A DNA stretch of 64,000 nucleotides from Gammaproteobacteria bacterium (GTDB lineage: Bacteria; Pseudomonadota; Gammaproteobacteria; UBA4575), in NCBI GenBank assembly GCA_965243395.1, contig CBDEUS010000002.1, positions 800,001 to 864,000 on the forward strand. The letters are read 5' to 3'. The stretch's first letter is position 1; each line of letters begins with the position of its first letter. Positions 55,445-64,000 of the stretch are shown here, in pieces. Below the pieces are notes generated by a model. It was given only the letters and a program-made list of their open reading frames with translations. It made no database searches and was not told the origin of the DNA. The position numbers and the translations under genes were made by a program.

Positions 55445-56608
55445 CTAATTAATTGCACGCAATGCTTGAACTTTGTCCATGCGTAAAATCAAAATTACGG
55501 GGATTAAACCTATGATGAATCCAAATAAGCCAGCCAATCCCAATCCTTTCCAAGCTACTAGAATAGGCATATGAAAAATAGGAAGCAGCCCGTTTGTGGG
55601 ATCACCAAACATACTGCATGCAAGCCAGGCAAGCACGATACCAATACTACTACCGATTAGCGCAACAACCACGCTCTCGATTATGCTTATTGTTGCAATA
55701 AAACGTGGTGAAAACCCAATAACAGACATCACTGCGATATCACTCATGTGTTCTTTGATACCTTGAGTCATTGCGCTGCCCGTTACTGCAAGAAGCGTAA
55801 TAAAAACTACTCCAAGAATGGACAAAAAAATTGCTTGGATATCACCTATTTGATTAATAAATCCTCTTGTAAATGATTTCTCGGGTGATGTTTTGGTTTC
55901 GTTATCAGAGTTCTCAAAAAAATCATCAATTCTGTTACTAATTGTGTCGAGCTGTTTTGCATCTTCACCTTGTATAGTAAACCAACCCACTTGATCATTT
56001 CCCCAGGCACGCGCTTCATCAAAATATTTATGATGGAATAGCATGCCCTGCATATTTACATTTTTGTTTTTAGTTGTTGCAATACCACGTATATTAAATT
56101 CCCAATCATTATTCCATTGTTTGTTTTCCCAAATTGTTGTGGTCAAAGTGATACGATCTCCCACTTCCCATCCAAAACGTTCCGCAATTGTGTCACCAAT
56201 TAGTGCGCCTTCTCTATCTTTAGTCCAAGCTTGTATATGTTCTTTATCAATCTCAAATTCTCCTTCACGCATCGCTAAGTAATCTTCAGGATGTACGGCA
56301 TACTGAGGAAATGTATTTTTTCGATCTTGATAATAGCCACCAAACCATGATGCTTCGCTTACTCTTAAAACACCAGGAACATTAAGTATTTTGTGTTTAT
56401 AAGAAATTGGCATCGTATTGAACGTAGAAATCTTATTTACAACTATCATGCGGTCGACACCAGAGGCATCAACCCCACCAATAAAACCTTGTTTGATGGC
56501 AGAGAGGTAAGCAAATAAAAAGAATGCAATTGAAAGAGCAGCTAAAATGAATATAAAACGAACTTTCTTAGTTAATATATCTGCAAAAATAAGAGGCAAG
56601 AATTTCAT
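55445..56608 (-). CDS. MacB/FtsX-like ABC permease
   Basis: WFGGYYQD, ETKTSPE, four TM. Confidence 0.9.
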   Translation of the reverse strand: MKFLPLIFADILTKKVRFIFILAALSIAFFLFAYLSAIKQGFIGGVDASGVDRMIVVNKISTFNTMPISYKHKILNVPGVLRVSEASWFGGYYQDRKNTFPQYAVHPEDYLAMREGEFEIDKEHIQAWTKDREGALIGDTIAERFGWEVGDRITLTTTIWENKQWNNDWEFNIRGIATTKNKNVNMQGMLFHHKYFDEARAWGNDQVGWFTIQGEDAKQLDTISNRIDDFFENSDNETKTSPEKSFTRGFINQIGDIQAIFLSILGVVFITLLAVTGSAMTQGIKEHMSDIAVMSVIGFSPRFIATISIIESVVVALIGSSIGIVLAWLACSMFGDPTNGLLPIFHMPILVAWKGLGLAGLFGFIIGLIPVILILRMDKVQALRAIN

Positions 56609-57300
56609 TATTGCAAAGCCTTTGTCGAAACTTTCCCTTCATTCAAATACAAAGTTCTTTTTGCAGAAGCAGCCGCATGTGGATCATGTGTAACCATTAT
56701 GATGGTCTTGTTATGTTCAGAGTTTAATCCTTGTAGTAGTTCTAAAATTTCATCACCCGACTTGCGATCAAGATTACCTGTTGGTTCATCACATAACAAA
56801 ATATTGGGGTCTGTAACAATCGCGCGAGCTATACCAACTCTTTGTTCTTGCCCACCAGATAACTCAGAAGGTTTGTGATGAGCACGATCCTCAAGGTCTA
56901 CTAATGACAAAGCCGCTAGAACGCGTTTTTTGCGGTCTGTTTTATTTAGCTTATGTAACAGTAATGGGAGCTCAACATTTTTTTCTGCATTTAAAGTAGA
57001 AATTAAATGATACTGTTGAAAAACATAGCCAATATTATTTGTTCTCCACTTCGTTCTTTGTGAATCGTTTAATTTAGCAATATCAATTCCATCAATTACA
57101 ATTTGCCCATGTGTAGGTGTATCTATTCCAGCAATCAGATTCAGCAATGTGCTTTTACCAGACCCCGATGCACCCATTAATGCAATAAAATCCCCTGATT
57201 CAATTTCTAAATCCAGATCATTTAAAACATCAATAGATTCAGAGCCTTTACTAAATTGTTTATGAATATCTTGGGCATTGATATAGCTGGAACTGTTCAT
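56608..57300 (-). CDS. LolD/MacB-type ABC ATPase
   Basis: GASGSGKS, LSGGQEQR, LCDEPTGNLD, VTHD. Confidence 0.95.
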   Translation of the reverse strand: MNSSSYINAQDIHKQFSKGSESIDVLNDLDLEIESGDFIALMGASGSGKSTLLNLIAGIDTPTHGQIVIDGIDIAKLNDSQRTKWRTNNIGYVFQQYHLISTLNAEKNVELPLLLHKLNKTDRKKRVLAALSLVDLEDRAHHKPSELSGGQEQRVGIARAIVTDPNILLCDEPTGNLDRKSGDEILELLQGLNSEHNKTIIMVTHDPHAAASAKRTLYLNEGKVSTKALQ

Positions 57301-57312
57301 ATGGATAATCCT

Positions 57313-58554
57313 TTAATTTATAGTTTCTGGTGAGATAATTACTTTTTTGTTTTCTTTCAATTCATTTAAAGAACTAATCGCAATTTGATCTCCTGGGGAT
57401 AATCCATTTTTGATTTCAATTAGATTGCCGAAGCGTTTTCCTGTAATTACTTCTGTTTCAGTCACTGAGTCTTTATTCACTCGCCACACATAGGTTGATT
57501 CTTCACTCCTTACAACTGCGTTTCTTGGAATAACAATTGAATTTTCGTTACTTTCGTTTTCATCGTTTTCAGTTTCTTGCGGGAAGAATTTAACTTTTAC
57601 GCCCATGTCAGGAAGTATTCTTGAATCTAGCTCATCAATTGAAATGCGGACTTTCACAGTTGCTTTTTGTCTATCCGCGGTAGGAATAATATTGATAACT
57701 TTGCCTGGAATTTTCCAGTCTTGATATGCATCAAGTTTGGCACTTATTGTCTGATTTTTTTGGACTCTGTTGATATAGGCTTCATTAACGTTGACTTCAA
57801 TTTCTCGTGAATCCATATCGACAATGGTGCATATACCTGTACGTGTAAACTCACCACTTGAAATCGGAGAGACAATTTCGCCAACTTGCGCGTCTTTAGA
57901 AATAACAACACCTGGAAAAGGCGCATTTATAGAATATTCTTCAAGGTTACGTTGTAAACGGCTTATATTATCTTGCTCTACTTGCACATTATTTTGAGCA
58001 GTAACAAGCATTGCCTTGAGTGTATTAACTTTTTGTTTAGATTGATCGAGTAAATCTTCACTTACATAATCGTTATTATTCAACTTTGTATAGCGCGCAT
58101 ATTTATTTTTCGCTTCGATTAATTGTGATTGAATTTCGTCAATTTTTGATTGAGCTACTTTTAATCTTGATTCTGAGAGTGAGATTTCTTTTTTAACCAA
58201 GCTGCCATCTAGAACCGCAATTTCATCTCCTTTTTCTACTACATCACCTTCTTCAACATTAATTTTTAACAATCTTGCAGTGACCGTAGCGGATAGCGTT
58301 GCATTTTTACGAGTCACGATATAACCAGATGCATCTAATATTGCAGAAGACTGATTTTTTCCTAACAATTTCACTTCATACACATTTATAGTGGGTTTTG
58401 TTTGTATCGATTGCCATAGATAAAACAGTCCATAGGCTAGAAGTCCCATAATTAGCAAGGAAAACAACGCCACATAAATTGATTTAGAACCCGATTGTTC
58501 TGGAGTTTTATTCTCTAATCTAAGCGCGTCTAATTTTTCTTTGTCTAAGGCCAT
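57313..58554 (-). CDS. Periplasmic adaptor (MacA-like membrane fusion protein)
   Basis: LDASGY, VEEGD, APFPGVV, IIPTADRQKATVKV. Confidence 0.92.
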   Translation of the reverse strand: MALDKEKLDALRLENKTPEQSGSKSIYVALFSLLIMGLLAYGLFYLWQSIQTKPTINVYEVKLLGKNQSSAILDASGYIVTRKNATLSATVTARLLKINVEEGDVVEKGDEIAVLDGSLVKKEISLSESRLKVAQSKIDEIQSQLIEAKNKYARYTKLNNNDYVSEDLLDQSKQKVNTLKAMLVTAQNNVQVEQDNISRLQRNLEEYSINAPFPGVVISKDAQVGEIVSPISSGEFTRTGICTIVDMDSREIEVNVNEAYINRVQKNQTISAKLDAYQDWKIPGKVINIIPTADRQKATVKVRISIDELDSRILPDMGVKVKFFPQETENDENESNENSIVIPRNAVVRSEESTYVWRVNKDSVTETEVITGKRFGNLIEIKNGLSPGDQIAISSLNELKENKKVIISPETIN

Positions 58555-58652
58555 AAATTCGTATTTATTATTAATTTAATGATTAAGGCCTCATGGTTAA
58601 TACATTAGCCTGTAATCCACACTTTTTAAGGTATTTAAGGTCACTAAGAGCA

Positions 58653-58668
58653 AGTGATAAATGTCACA
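58653..58668 (-). promoter_or_regulatory. CRP box upstream of the ABC operon
   Basis: Minus strand TGTGA-CATTTA-TCACT (9/10 core match). Confidence 0.6.
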
Positions 58669-58774
58669 AATAAGATAATATAATGACAGCCATCACATGA
58701 ATATATAAATTTTAGTAATTAATTAAGCTAGTTACGCTAACGAATTAACAAGGTCAATTATTAAATAAGTCGAT

Positions 58775-59188
58775 TTAAGAAAAAAAGCTTCCCCCGCCTA
58801 TAACTATGAAGGCTGAGTTAGAAATAGACGCACTTAGGATTACATAAATTTTGGCAAGTACACTAGCGCTAAAATTTTCTCTACAAGCATTGGCTTTTTT
58901 CCAAGTAAGCACATAAATTATAGGAAAATATATACAAGAAAATATGGCGAGTATGGTTATCAACCAATAGGTGATGAAGTGGCTTGCTAAAAATTCTTTA
59001 TGATTTGCACATAAATAGAATACTGATTTTACGATAACATCTGGGATAAATAAGAACTTCCAAAAAACTTCAAATAATGTATTTTCAACTTTTGAGGAAA
59101 ATTGAAACGGCGAATACATTTCATGTTTTTTATTTTTTTCCATCAGCATAAAGATTTTATGAAACTTATGCCGACAGTTTATTTGCAT
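58775..59188 (-). CDS. Hypothetical membrane protein
   Basis: Hydrophobic ORF in AT-rich DNA; no recognisable motif; start uncertain. Confidence 0.35.
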   Translation of the reverse strand: MQINCRHKFHKIFMLMEKNKKHEMYSPFQFSSKVENTLFEVFWKFLFIPDVIVKSVFYLCANHKEFLASHFITYWLITILAIFSCIYFPIIYVLTWKKANACRENFSASVLAKIYVILSASISNSAFIVIGGGSFFS

Positions 59189-59258
59189 ATTTATTGTAAA
59201 TTATGTGATCGAGGGTACAGTTGATTGGTAATATTAATCACAGCTATGAGATGCAAGT

Positions 59259-60161
59259 ATGAAAGTAGGGGTTGATTTAGGTGGCACAAAAATTGAAATT
59301 TTGGCGATAGATGAACAAGGAAGCGAGTGTCTAAGAAATCGCATTGATACACCTGGCAATAACTATCAAAAAATTATTTCTTCAATAGCTGACTTAGTTT
59401 CGACTGTTGAAAAAAAATTAGCAAAAGATTGTACTGTTGGAATCTGTACCCCTGGATCACTTTCTCCTGCAACGGACCTGCTGAGAAATTCCAATACTAC
59501 TTGCTTAAATGGTCAACCATTTAAACAAGATCTCGAAAATGTTCTTGGGAAAGAAGTCCGCATAGCTAATGATGCAAATTGTTTCGCTTTGTCTGAGGCT
59601 ATGGATGGAGCTGCACAGAATGCAAAAACAGTTTTTGGGGTAATCATAGGTACGGGTACGGGCGGGGGATTGGTTGTTGATCAAAAAGTTTTAACAGGTG
59701 GAAATGCAATTGCAGGTGAATGGGGCCATAACCCACTTCCCTGGCCAGAAGAAGGTGAACTAGAGTTAACAAAGTGTTGGTGTGGACAAAAAGGTTGTAT
59801 CGAAACATATTTGTCTGGACCTGGGTTAGCAAACGATTATCAGCGTAGCACTCAAAAAACTGTTTCCGCTGAAAAAGTCGTTGAGTTATCTGTGCAGAAT
59901 GATGTTGCAGCTGAAGAGGCTTTAGATAGGTATGAACATCGAATGGCAAGGGGGTTTGCTCATCTAATTAATATATTCGATCCAGATGTCATAGTTTTAG
60001 GAGGCGGAATGTCAAACATAAATCGTCTCTATGAGAATGTATCTGAGCTATGGTCTCAATGGATATTTTCAGATTGTGTGAGCACAAAATTGGTTGCACC
60101 CAAGCATGGAGATTCTAGTGGTGTCAGAGGAGCGGCATGGCTATGGAATGAGGATGCTTAA
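59259..60161 (+). CDS. mak: ROK-family sugar kinase (fructokinase)
   Basis: GVDLGGTK, ANDANCFALSEA, GTGTGGG, GEWGHNPLP, CWCGQKGCIE, HGDSSGVRGAAWLW. Confidence 0.9.
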   Translation: MKVGVDLGGTKIEILAIDEQGSECLRNRIDTPGNNYQKIISSIADLVSTVEKKLAKDCTVGICTPGSLSPATDLLRNSNTTCLNGQPFKQDLENVLGKEVRIANDANCFALSEAMDGAAQNAKTVFGVIIGTGTGGGLVVDQKVLTGGNAIAGEWGHNPLPWPEEGELELTKCWCGQKGCIETYLSGPGLANDYQRSTQKTVSAEKVVELSVQNDVAAEEALDRYEHRMARGFAHLINIFDPDVIVLGGGMSNINRLYENVSELWSQWIFSDCVSTKLVAPKHGDSSGVRGAAWLWNEDA

Positions 60162-60325
60162 CGAAATCTTATATTTGCAGTAAAGATTTAAGGGTTTTAG
60201 TAAAGATTTTTATGCCAGCTTTGATTAATAACCTATAGTGAAATGTATAAACCTCACGAAAACTAGTTGATTATCTATATTTTTCAACTAGATATCGCTA
60301 AAAACATTAAAAAAATAGGGTGCAA

Positions 60326-60341
60326 TGTGAAGCATCTCACA
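60326..60341 (+). promoter_or_regulatory. Perfect CRP box upstream of the EPS export locus
   Basis: TGTGA-AGCATC-TCACA; -10-like TACTAT/TATACT at 60363-60371 gives roughly class II spacing. Confidence 0.75.
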
Positions 60342-60693
60342 ACCAAAACATCGCTCTAAATCTACTATACTTAAGCTATAAGAATACAAGCAGTGGAATA
60401 GATTCCAGTTGATCGTAATTGGGTGTAGGTATTTGTTATGGAGTTGGATGAAATTTGACAATCAAATGCATTCAATCCCGAACTAAACAATTTTTGAATT
60501 GTTCAAACAATTAGAAAAATAAGTATTTTAAGCCAATTAAGCACTTCAAAATTCAATTGGTTTAAATTATTTAAGTTTATATAGAGTCGATTGTTCGAAT
60601 AGAAAAATTATATTGCAGTATCTGAAGGAGAAAGTTGTGGGAATACGTGGCACAAGTGTTGTTTTAATTTCCGATAAGGAAGAATCGGAAATT

Positions 60694-61293
60694 ATGAATA
60701 AGAATTTACTTTTCAATACCAGCAGATATCTGATAACAGTAATTTTTTTACTGTCTTCTTGTTTTGCATTAGCTGCAGATGAAAAATTTAATGGTGCATC
60801 ATCCAATCCTGATGAATATAGAATTGGACCAGAAGACGTACTTGATATATCTGTGTGGAAAGAAGAAGAGTTGCAACGTGAAGTTCTTGTGCGACCTGAT
60901 GGCGGAATATCATTCCCATTGGCTGGAGATATTCAAGTAGATGGTAAAACACCACAAGAAGTAGAGCAGGAAATTACTACCAGAATTCAAAAATATATTC
61001 CTGAAGCTGTGGTTACCGTATCGGTTAAAACGGTTTCAGGTTATACCATCTTTGTAAACGGAAAAGTTAAAAGCCCTGGAAAATTTGTTGTAGGTAGATA
61101 TATGGACGTAATGCAGGCGATAACTTTAGCTGGAGGCTTAGATACTTTTGCTAAGGGGAACTCAATTCAAGTAATTCGAAGAGTGGGGAGCAAGCAGGTT
61201 GTACATAAATTTAACTATGATCAAGTTAAGAAAGGGAAAAACATGAGTCAGAATATCGTTTTAAAGAGCGGTGATACGATTGTGGTTCCCTAA
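60694..61293 (+). CDS. Short OPX (Wza-like) polysaccharide export protein
   Basis: YRIGPEDVLDISVW, VRPDGGISFPLAG, SLBB domain, ends GDTIVVP; ATG 60694 preferred. Confidence 0.92.
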   Translation: MNKNLLFNTSRYLITVIFLLSSCFALAADEKFNGASSNPDEYRIGPEDVLDISVWKEEELQREVLVRPDGGISFPLAGDIQVDGKTPQEVEQEITTRIQKYIPEAVVTVSVKTVSGYTIFVNGKVKSPGKFVVGRYMDVMQAITLAGGLDTFAKGNSIQVIRRVGSKQVVHKFNYDQVKKGKNMSQNIVLKSGDTIVVP

Positions 61294-61337
61294 TTAATAT
61301 TATTTCTAAATTAATAATTATAAATGGGTAAAAAATC

Positions 61338-62603
61338 ATGAATAAAATTTGGGAAAAGTTAGAGATGCAATCAAAATATAAAAATCGATTTGTTACCTTT
61401 ATTAGCATAATCGGGGTTTTCTTATTTGCTAATAATGTTCAAGCTGCAGTTTGGTTGCTTGACCCGACGGTAACCCTTTCCTATGAATATAGTGAAAATT
61501 ATCGACTGGATAACGTTTCAGCATTAGAAGACGATGTGGGCACGACTACCTTGTCTGGAGAAATTGCAGTAAAGGGTAAATCTGAGCGTTTAGATTTTTT
61601 GGGCTTATTACGCATTGATGCTCCCAACTATAGTGGAGATGACGATGATCTGAGCGAAAGAAATAACCAAACAGTTGGATTAAATACGGGATATTGGTTA
61701 TCAGATAGAAATAGAGTGTCGCTTAAATCGTCGTACATTCGTGATACTCAAATTAGAGATTCACAAATTGAAGTTGATCCCGAGGATTTTGGAGATACTG
61801 GATCATTAGATCCAACTTTGGATGTGGATCAAAGTCTGATTAGACAAAATATTAGACGAGAGCGTACTAAAATTCGCCCGCGTTGGGATATTCAGGTAAG
61901 TGAAAGAACTAACATTGGATTTGATTACTTGTATAAGGATCTGTCATTTAGTGGCAGTGGAAGTGCGCTTTTAGTTGAATCTGAATCGCATGCCATTGCA
62001 GCAGATATCTCTCGAAAAATTTCAGAAAGAGATACGATTAGCTTGAGGATAAGTGAAGATCGTTTTGAGCCAGATAGTAACAATGGCCCAGACCAAGATA
62101 TCGATACAACTGAGGCGAGAGTTGGATGGGTGCATGCATTTTCTGAAACTTTCAAGATGGATTTAACCGCAGGCGGCTATGACGCCGACTTTGATAATGC
62201 AAGAAGAAGTAGTGATTCAGGTTTTGTAGGAAACATAGGGGCTACAAAAAATGCTGGATTAACAACTTACAGAATTAATTTAGAGAAAAGAGTTACTCCA
62301 ACCTCTTCGGGCAGGCAAGTTGAAGTTGATGAACTTAAGCTCGATGTGCGTCGAGATATCACCGAGAAATTATCTTTTAGATTTTTAGGTCGCTATTTTG
62401 ATTCAGAAACAACGGATGGTTCCGACGGGAATAGTAATCGAGATTATTTTTCGTTAACACCAGAATTATCCTGGAGGTTTTTACCTTCTTGGGTTGCAAG
62501 TGCTCATTATGAGTATGAGGAAGAAGATTTAGATGATGGTGGAGATGCAGATAGCAATACAGCATTTATTAGTATTAGCTGGTCACCGCCGAGACAATTT
62601 TAG
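61338..62603 (+). CDS. Outer-membrane beta-barrel associated with EPS export
   Basis: Signal peptide (VQA-A), alternating beta strands, terminal Phe; lies between OPX and Wzc genes. Confidence 0.75.
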   Translation: MNKIWEKLEMQSKYKNRFVTFISIIGVFLFANNVQAAVWLLDPTVTLSYEYSENYRLDNVSALEDDVGTTTLSGEIAVKGKSERLDFLGLLRIDAPNYSGDDDDLSERNNQTVGLNTGYWLSDRNRVSLKSSYIRDTQIRDSQIEVDPEDFGDTGSLDPTLDVDQSLIRQNIRRERTKIRPRWDIQVSERTNIGFDYLYKDLSFSGSGSALLVESESHAIAADISRKISERDTISLRISEDRFEPDSNNGPDQDIDTTEARVGWVHAFSETFKMDLTAGGYDADFDNARRSSDSGFVGNIGATKNAGLTTYRINLEKRVTPTSSGRQVEVDELKLDVRRDITEKLSFRFLGRYFDSETTDGSDGNSNRDYFSLTPELSWRFLPSWVASAHYEYEEEDLDDGGDADSNTAFISISWSPPRQF

Positions 62604-62653
62604 AATAATTTTTACTGAGATAAATACAGATGAATACTCTTTTCGTAAATGGC

Positions 62654-64000
62654 ATGCAAGAACAATTTCAGCCAATGAAATTTCAAGATTATATGGCGAT
62701 AATAAGACGTCGAAAACTTGCCTTTTTGGCGACTTTTTTTATTCTTTTGCCAATTGCAATTTCACCTGCAATTTTTTTGCCTTCTGTATATCGTTCTCAG
62801 ACAACAATCATAGTTGATAGACAAGATATCCCTACCGATCTAGTTGAGACTACTGTTACAGGGCTAGTAAATGAACGTATCGAAGGATTAACTAAAAGAC
62901 TCCTAACGATCGAAAACTTGTGGACGATAATTGAAAAACATGATCTATATAGCGAACTTCGTGAAAGCAGTAACGATGATCAATTTAAAATCACAACCAA
63001 GATGCGCGAAAATATAGAAATTCAAAATGTAGAAATTGAGGCTACTGATCCAGTTTTATTTAGAACCAGTACAACAACAATTGCCTTTACGATCGCTTTT
63101 GAAGGATCAGATCCTCAAGATGTTCAATCAGTTACTGAGGATCTTGCAAATTTATATATCAACGAGAATCAAAGATTGAGATCTGAACACGCACAAGAAG
63201 TTTCAAAATTTCTTGAGTTTGAAGGTCAAAGGCTAAGTGAAGAAATCACCTCTTTGGAAAAACAGTTAGCTGATTTTAAGCAAAATCAGAGAGATAAATT
63301 ACCTGAGCTGATGGATTTAAACCTTCAGTTATTTGAGAAAACTGAGGGTGAAATTGTTTTTTCAAGAGGACAAATTAACGAGTTACAAGACACTATCGCA
63401 GCACTGCAAGCTGAGTTAGCCATTACTAATACTCATCAAGATGTGGTTGATAGTACGGGTAATAGAGTATTAATGGGGGACGAACGTCTTAGCTTGTTAA
63501 CCGCTGAGTATCTGCGGCTATCAGCAAGATATTCTGCTCAACATCCCGATCTTATAAAACTACGAAGGGAGATTGAGTCGTTAGGTGGAGAAAGCAATGT
63601 AAGCGGTGTAACAACACTAATTAATAAGCTTACGGTATTAAAATCACAACTAACCGAAGCAAAGCGTAAATATTCGAATGATCATCCAGAAGTTGTAAAT
63701 TTGCAAAAATCTATATCTGCAGTTGAAAAAGGTATTCAAACTGCATCATTAGGTTCATCAAGAGTTTCCAGTGGCTCAGTTAGTGCTCCGGATAATCCCC
63801 GCTATGTTTCATTAAAAACTCAGATCAATGCTGCCTTGGGTAACTTGGCAAGTGAAAGAGCAAGATTAGCAAGTCTAAATGAAAAATTAGAAGAGTATGA
63901 AAAAAGATTATTTCAAACCCCGGTTGTAGAGCGTGATTATAAACTGCTCACACGTGATTATGAGAATGCTAGAAATAAGTACAATGAAATAAAAGATAAG
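62654..64000 (+). CDS. Wzc/GumC-like polysaccharide co-polymerase, partial (runs off window end)
   Basis: Hand translation MQEQFQPMKFQDYMAIIRRRK...LPSVYRSQTTIIVDRQDIP...YSAQHPDL...YSNDHPEV; alternative in-frame ATG 62630; absent from ORF track. Confidence 0.88.
   Translation, partial: MQEQFQPMKFQDYMAIIRRRKLAFLATFFILLPIAISPAIFLPSVYRSQTTIIVDRQDIPTDLVETTVTGLVNERIEGLTKRLLTIENLWTIIEKHDLYSELRESSNDDQFKITTKMRENIEIQNVEIEATDPVLFRTSTTTIAFTIAFEGSDPQDVQSVTEDLANLYINENQRLRSEHAQEVSKFLEFEGQRLSEEITSLEKQLADFKQNQRDKLPELMDLNLQLFEKTEGEIVFSRGQINELQDTIAALQAELAITNTHQDVVDSTGNRVLMGDERLSLLTAEYLRLSARYSAQHPDLIKLRREIESLGGESNVSGVTTLINKLTVLKSQLTEAKRKYSNDHPEVVNLQKSISAVEKGIQTASLGSSRVSSGSVSAPDNPRYVSLKTQINAALGNLASERARLASLNEKLEEYEKRLFQTPVVERDYKLLTRDYENARNKYNEIKDK

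Noticed and set aside
374-62565. Many short antisense or nested ORFs in the track (e.g. 374-643, 13778-14029, 25218-25520, 41647-42003, 49164-49580)
   Set aside because: They overlap well-supported genes and lack RBS and motifs; shadow ORFs
62533-62817. 94-aa ORF from the track
   Set aside because: Out-of-frame overlap with the barrel and Wzc-like genes; spurious

Overview
This is a 64 kb AT-rich chromosomal window from a sulfur-oxidising bacterium, most likely a gammaproteobacterium. Its core is a complete oxidative (reverse) Dsr operon on the minus strand, dsrABEFHCMKLJOPNR (8232-20949). A large satellite region of sulfur-linked genes surrounds it: a divergent operon (TauD-like dioxygenase, small protein, ORPHAN Cas6/Cmx6-like RAMP, Cys-less DsrC paralog, small conserved protein), a second dsrL with an NADP(H)-type YRR motif, a third DsrC-family gene, two more Fe(II)/2OG oxygenases, Sfum_1244-like and Alvin_2107-like genes, a TrpD-like gene, and a Sel1/AAA+/VWA/dsrS/cysG operon. 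An accessory block (about 30.7-37.0 kb) carries a divergent sigma-28-like factor, a MerR fusion with two 19-bp-spacer promoters, a MarR-like gene, a DnaJ-PilZ gene with a perfect sigma-28 promoter, and a metal-handling operon headed by a candidate ribosome-stalling leader. The right part holds two class III cyclases and a CRP-family regulator, CRP boxes, a porin, a cobalamin riboswitch with btuB-pduO, a MacAB-like ABC system, a ROK kinase and the start of an exopolysaccharide export locus. I saw no CRISPR array, other cas gene, tRNA, rRNA, integrase or transposase. The best candidate for an undescribed system is the CRISPR-less Cas6 module sharing a promoter region with dsrA. All family assignments come from motif recognition by eye; no database search was run.
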